Of a stretch of DNA of 45,288 bases, positions 42,358-45,288 are shown one piece after another. The first letter of the stretch is position 1, and each line of letters opens with the position of its first letter. The DNA comes from a candidate division WOR-3 bacterium (lineage in GTDB: Bacteria > Hydrothermota > Tepidihabitantia > Tepidihabitantales > CAIPLT01): the NCBI GenBank assembly GCA_965649215.1, contig CBFGJZ010000012.1:1-45288 (forward strand), read 5' to 3'. The translations under genes and the position numbers were made by a program. Below the pieces are notes generated by a model. The model saw only the letters and a list, made by a program, of their open reading frames with translations. It was not told the DNA's origin and did no database searches.

Positions 42358-43486
42358 AAGCATACTTACCCCTACAAAGTATTTTATGCAAGGTAATATA
42401 GCCTGTGCAGAAGGTGCTTTGGCAGCAGGATGTCGCTACTATGCTGGTTATCCAATAACACCTTCTTCTGAAATAATGGAGCATCTATCTAATCGATTAC
42501 CTCAAGTAAATGGTGTATTTATGCAGATGGAAGATGAAATAGCTTCCATTTGTTCTATGATTGGTGCGTCATGGGCAGGTGCGAAAGCAATGACTGCAAC
42601 CTCGGGCCCTGGTTTTTCCTTAATGCTTGAAGGTATAGGTTATGCTTTAATGACAGAGACACCTTGTGTGATTGTTAATGTGCAAAGAGCAGGTCCTGCA
42701 ACCGGACAAGCAACGCGGCCAGGTCAAGGCGATATTATGCAAGCACGTTGGGGTGCACATGGTGATTACCGAATTATTGGGCTTTCGCCTTGGTCAGTTC
42801 AAGAAATGTATGATTTAACAATACAAGCATTTAATCTTTCTGAAAAGTATCGAGTACCGGTGATTCTTTTGGCAGATGAAGTAGTTGGCCATTTAAAAGA
42901 GAGTTTTATAGTTAAACACGAAATTGAAATCTTTAATCGTAATTCAACCATGACTGATAAACCATTTGGTACCGAGGAAAATGATGAAATACCACCGATG
43001 CCAATTTTCGGTCAAGGAGCAAAATTACTTGTAACCGGTTCAACTCATAATGAATTCGGTATTCGAAAAGTTGCTGACCCAAAAGTTCAAGATAAACTTG
43101 TTAATCGCTTATGTCATAAAATAGATAATCATAAAAAAGAAATTTGTGAAACAGAATCATATTTCACAAATGACTCTGAATATCTTTTTGTTTCATTTGG
43201 CATTTCAGCTCGTAGTGCATATGCGGTAGTCAAACAATTAAGAAATGAAAATATTAAAGCTGGACTTCTGAGATATAAAACAATCTGGCCATTCGATGAA
43301 GAAGTTCTAAAATCTAGCGCCCAAAATAGTAAAATTATTTTTGTTCCAGAAATGAATCACGGACAATTAGTTCTTGAAATTGAAAGAATTTTATGTAATA
43401 AGAAAGTCATCTCGATACCTAAAACCCAAGGTGAAGCGATTTATCCCTCCGAGATATATCAAGTATTCAGAAAATATATGCTATGA
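42338..43486 (+). CDS. 2-oxoacid:ferredoxin oxidoreductase alpha subunit (KorA-like)
   Basis: 'GYPITPSSE', 'QMEDEIAS', 'ATSGPGFSLM', 'PEMNHGQ'. Confidence 0.96.
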   Translation: MPKLKVKSILTPTKYFMQGNIACAEGALAAGCRYYAGYPITPSSEIMEHLSNRLPQVNGVFMQMEDEIASICSMIGASWAGAKAMTATSGPGFSLMLEGIGYALMTETPCVIVNVQRAGPATGQATRPGQGDIMQARWGAHGDYRIIGLSPWSVQEMYDLTIQAFNLSEKYRVPVILLADEVVGHLKESFIVKHEIEIFNRNSTMTDKPFGTEENDEIPPMPIFGQGAKLLVTGSTHNEFGIRKVADPKVQDKLVNRLCHKIDNHKKEICETESYFTNDSEYLFVSFGISARSAYAVVKQLRNENIKAGLLRYKTIWPFDEEVLKSSAQNSKIIFVPEMNHGQLVLEIERILCNKKVISIPKTQGEAIYPSEIYQVFRKYML

Positions 43487-44241
43487 GCGAAAAATTACTT
43501 AAATATTTACGCCCCGAAGTCTTTCCTACTCCATTTTGTGCCGGCTGTGGACATGGCATTTTAATGGGTGCAATTTTAAGAGCCATAGATGACTTAAAAC
43601 TCGATTTTAAAAATATGGTCTTTATCTCAGGAATTGGTTGTGCAGCGTGGATTCCTTCTCCTCATTTTGCTGCGGACACTTTACATACATTACACGGACG
43701 ACCAATTGCTTATGCTACTGGAGTTAAATCTTTTAACCCTGAATTAAAAGTTATTATCATTTCCGGCGATGGTGATTTAGCCGCAATTGGTGGTAATCAT
43801 TTAATTCACGCTGCCCGTAGAAATATTGAGATAACTGTTATTTGTGCAAATAATAATATTTATGGAATGACAGGCGGTCAATTCTCACCCACCACTCCGC
43901 AACACGCAAAAACTATGACCTCTAGTCAGGGTAATTTAGAAAAACCATTTGATCTGTGTAAATTAACCAAAGCATGTGGAGCTCAATATGTTGCTCGATA
44001 TACCGTTTTTCATATCAGACCTTTAATAAATTCAATAAAAAAAGCGTTAATTACAAAAGGTTTTTCTTTTATCGATGTAGTCTCACCTTGTCCAACTCAA
44101 TTTGGACGTCGAAATCAACTACCAACTCTTTATGATATGATGAACTATCTACTAAAGCATTCAATCCGCTATGAAACTGCGAAAATGATGTCTCATCAAG
44201 ATCTACTGCATAAAATTGTAATCGGAGAATTTAATGACTAA
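43483..44241 (+). CDS. 2-oxoacid:ferredoxin oxidoreductase beta subunit (KorB-like)
   Basis: 'FCAGCGHG', 'SGIGC', 'LHGR', TPP motif 'GDGD...NNNIYGMTGGQ', 'SPCPT'. Confidence 0.96.
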   Translation: MSEKLLKYLRPEVFPTPFCAGCGHGILMGAILRAIDDLKLDFKNMVFISGIGCAAWIPSPHFAADTLHTLHGRPIAYATGVKSFNPELKVIIISGDGDLAAIGGNHLIHAARRNIEITVICANNNIYGMTGGQFSPTTPQHAKTMTSSQGNLEKPFDLCKLTKACGAQYVARYTVFHIRPLINSIKKALITKGFSFIDVVSPCPTQFGRRNQLPTLYDMMNYLLKHSIRYETAKMMSHQDLLHKIVIGEFND

Positions 44242-44773
44242 AATTAAAATCGCAGGTTTTGGTGGCCAGGGAGTAATATTAGCAGGCGAATTATTAGCGC
44301 ATGCTGCTGTTCTTGATGGCAAAGAAGGCAGTGCAATCGGTTCGTACGGTTCAGCTGCGCGAGGTGGATTAACTTGTTCAGAAATTGTTATCAGCAATGA
44401 ATTTATCGACGCACCTTTTGCTGAACAAGTTCATATACTTATTGCCATGTCACAAGAAGGATATGACCTTTATTTTCCATCTGTTATCGAGAATGGTTTG
44501 ATTATTATCAATTCTGATATGGTAAAACAAAAATTTAATGTTAATCAGTACTCACTACCTGCTACTTCAATCGCATTACAGGAATTAAAATCAACGGTTG
44601 TTACTAATATGATTATGCTCGGAGCACTTTCAGCTATCAGTAATGTTGTATCAAAACAAGGATTAATTACAGCTATAGAAAAAACTGTTAATAAAAAATT
44701 TTTTGAAATAAATGTTAAAGGCATTGAAATTGGATTTAACAAAGGAAAACAAATATTATCAACGAGTCACTGA
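44234..44773 (+). CDS. 2-oxoacid:ferredoxin oxidoreductase gamma subunit
   Basis: 'AGFGGQGV', 'SYGSAARGG', 'NMIMLGA'. Confidence 0.95.
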   Translation: MTKIKIAGFGGQGVILAGELLAHAAVLDGKEGSAIGSYGSAARGGLTCSEIVISNEFIDAPFAEQVHILIAMSQEGYDLYFPSVIENGLIIINSDMVKQKFNVNQYSLPATSIALQELKSTVVTNMIMLGALSAISNVVSKQGLITAIEKTVNKKFFEINVKGIEIGFNKGKQILSTSH

Positions 44774-44850
44774 GAATCATAATCTAAAAAATGCCATAAA
44801 ATTTAATCTCTGTGACATTATATTTTTTTAGTTCAAGAAAAGGAGCAACA

Positions 44851-45288
44851 ATGTTAAGAACTAATATTGATAAATTAATTAAAATATCGGTCATTGGACA
44901 AATCGCATCGCCGACCCGACGCCAGAATATCCGACTCACCCATCAAGGTGAAGCAACGGTTTTTCCAGGCACAGGCGGGATTACATATAATGTCAAAGTC
45001 GGCGACCCGGTTTTTGGCTGGGCGGGCGACCATATTGAACCTGGCGTGTCAATCAAGAATAAAGACGACAGTGAAAACCGAGCCTTGAATGTTTATACCT
45101 GTATTGGCAATTCTGCTTATGTTATTAGCGGTGAAGCCAAAGGTCAAAAAGGAGTCGTTACTGGCAAACATGGCGGTATTGAACATGTTCTGGTCTGGTT
45201 TCCAGGCACGATTATTGAAAAATTGGCAATTGGCGACCAGATTCAAGTCCGCGCCCAGGGACAGGGATTAAAAGTATTTGACGCGCCA
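44851..45288 (+). CDS. DUF4438-family protein, truncated by the window end (not in the ORF track)
   Basis: SD AAGGAG then ATG 44851; open to the window end: MLRTNIDKLIKISVIGQI...PGTGGITYNVKVGD...GDHIEPGVS...CIGN...GVVTGKHGGIEHV. Confidence 0.85.
   Translation, partial: MLRTNIDKLIKISVIGQIASPTRRQNIRLTHQGEATVFPGTGGITYNVKVGDPVFGWAGDHIEPGVSIKNKDDSENRALNVYTCIGNSAYVISGEAKGQKGVVTGKHGGIEHVLVWFPGTIIEKLAIGDQIQVRAQGQGLKVFDAP

Noticed and set aside
39052..45271. Short ORFs 39052-39246, 40490-40681, 44203-44397, 44545-44742, 44894-45088, 45049-45246, 45089-45271
   Set aside because: Alternate-frame or antisense to supported genes; the real right-edge gene starts at 44851.

Overview
Very AT-rich bacterial chromosomal segment using the standard genetic code (TGA is a stop), from a diderm, probably anaerobic organism. 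The gene repertoire (PorU-like C25 peptidase, M28 peptidase with a T9SS-type C-terminal domain, DUF4837, archaeal-type ProS, four-subunit 2-oxoacid:ferredoxin oxidoreductase) suggests an FCB-related lineage such as candidate division WOR-3; this is inference only. Most of the window is housekeeping and envelope genes: ligA-pcm-recG, queH, chrA, an ECF sigma/anti-sigma/Spy-like cluster, galE, proS, prfB, rpmE, rho, recR, dnaX, Na/Pi cotransporter, tRNA-Ala(GGC), uppP, a serine-palmitoyltransferase-like enzyme and korDABC-type genes. Features absent from the ORF track: the +1 programmed frameshift that completes prfB, a large Alu-domain SRP RNA upstream of dnaX, tRNA-Ala, and a truncated DUF4438 gene at the right edge with clearly higher GC. 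The most notable observations are (i) dispersed parts of a type IX secretion-like system plus an uncharacterised Omp85/beta-propeller/1032-aa beta-barrel cluster, (ii) recurrent sigma70-type promoters with 16-bp spacers that often place the predicted TSS on the start codon (leaderless mRNAs), (iii) a Bacteroides-like SPT hinting at sphingolipid synthesis, and (iv) a repeat-rich accessory left end with a MITE-like insertion and a tetranucleotide repeat inside a leader sORF.
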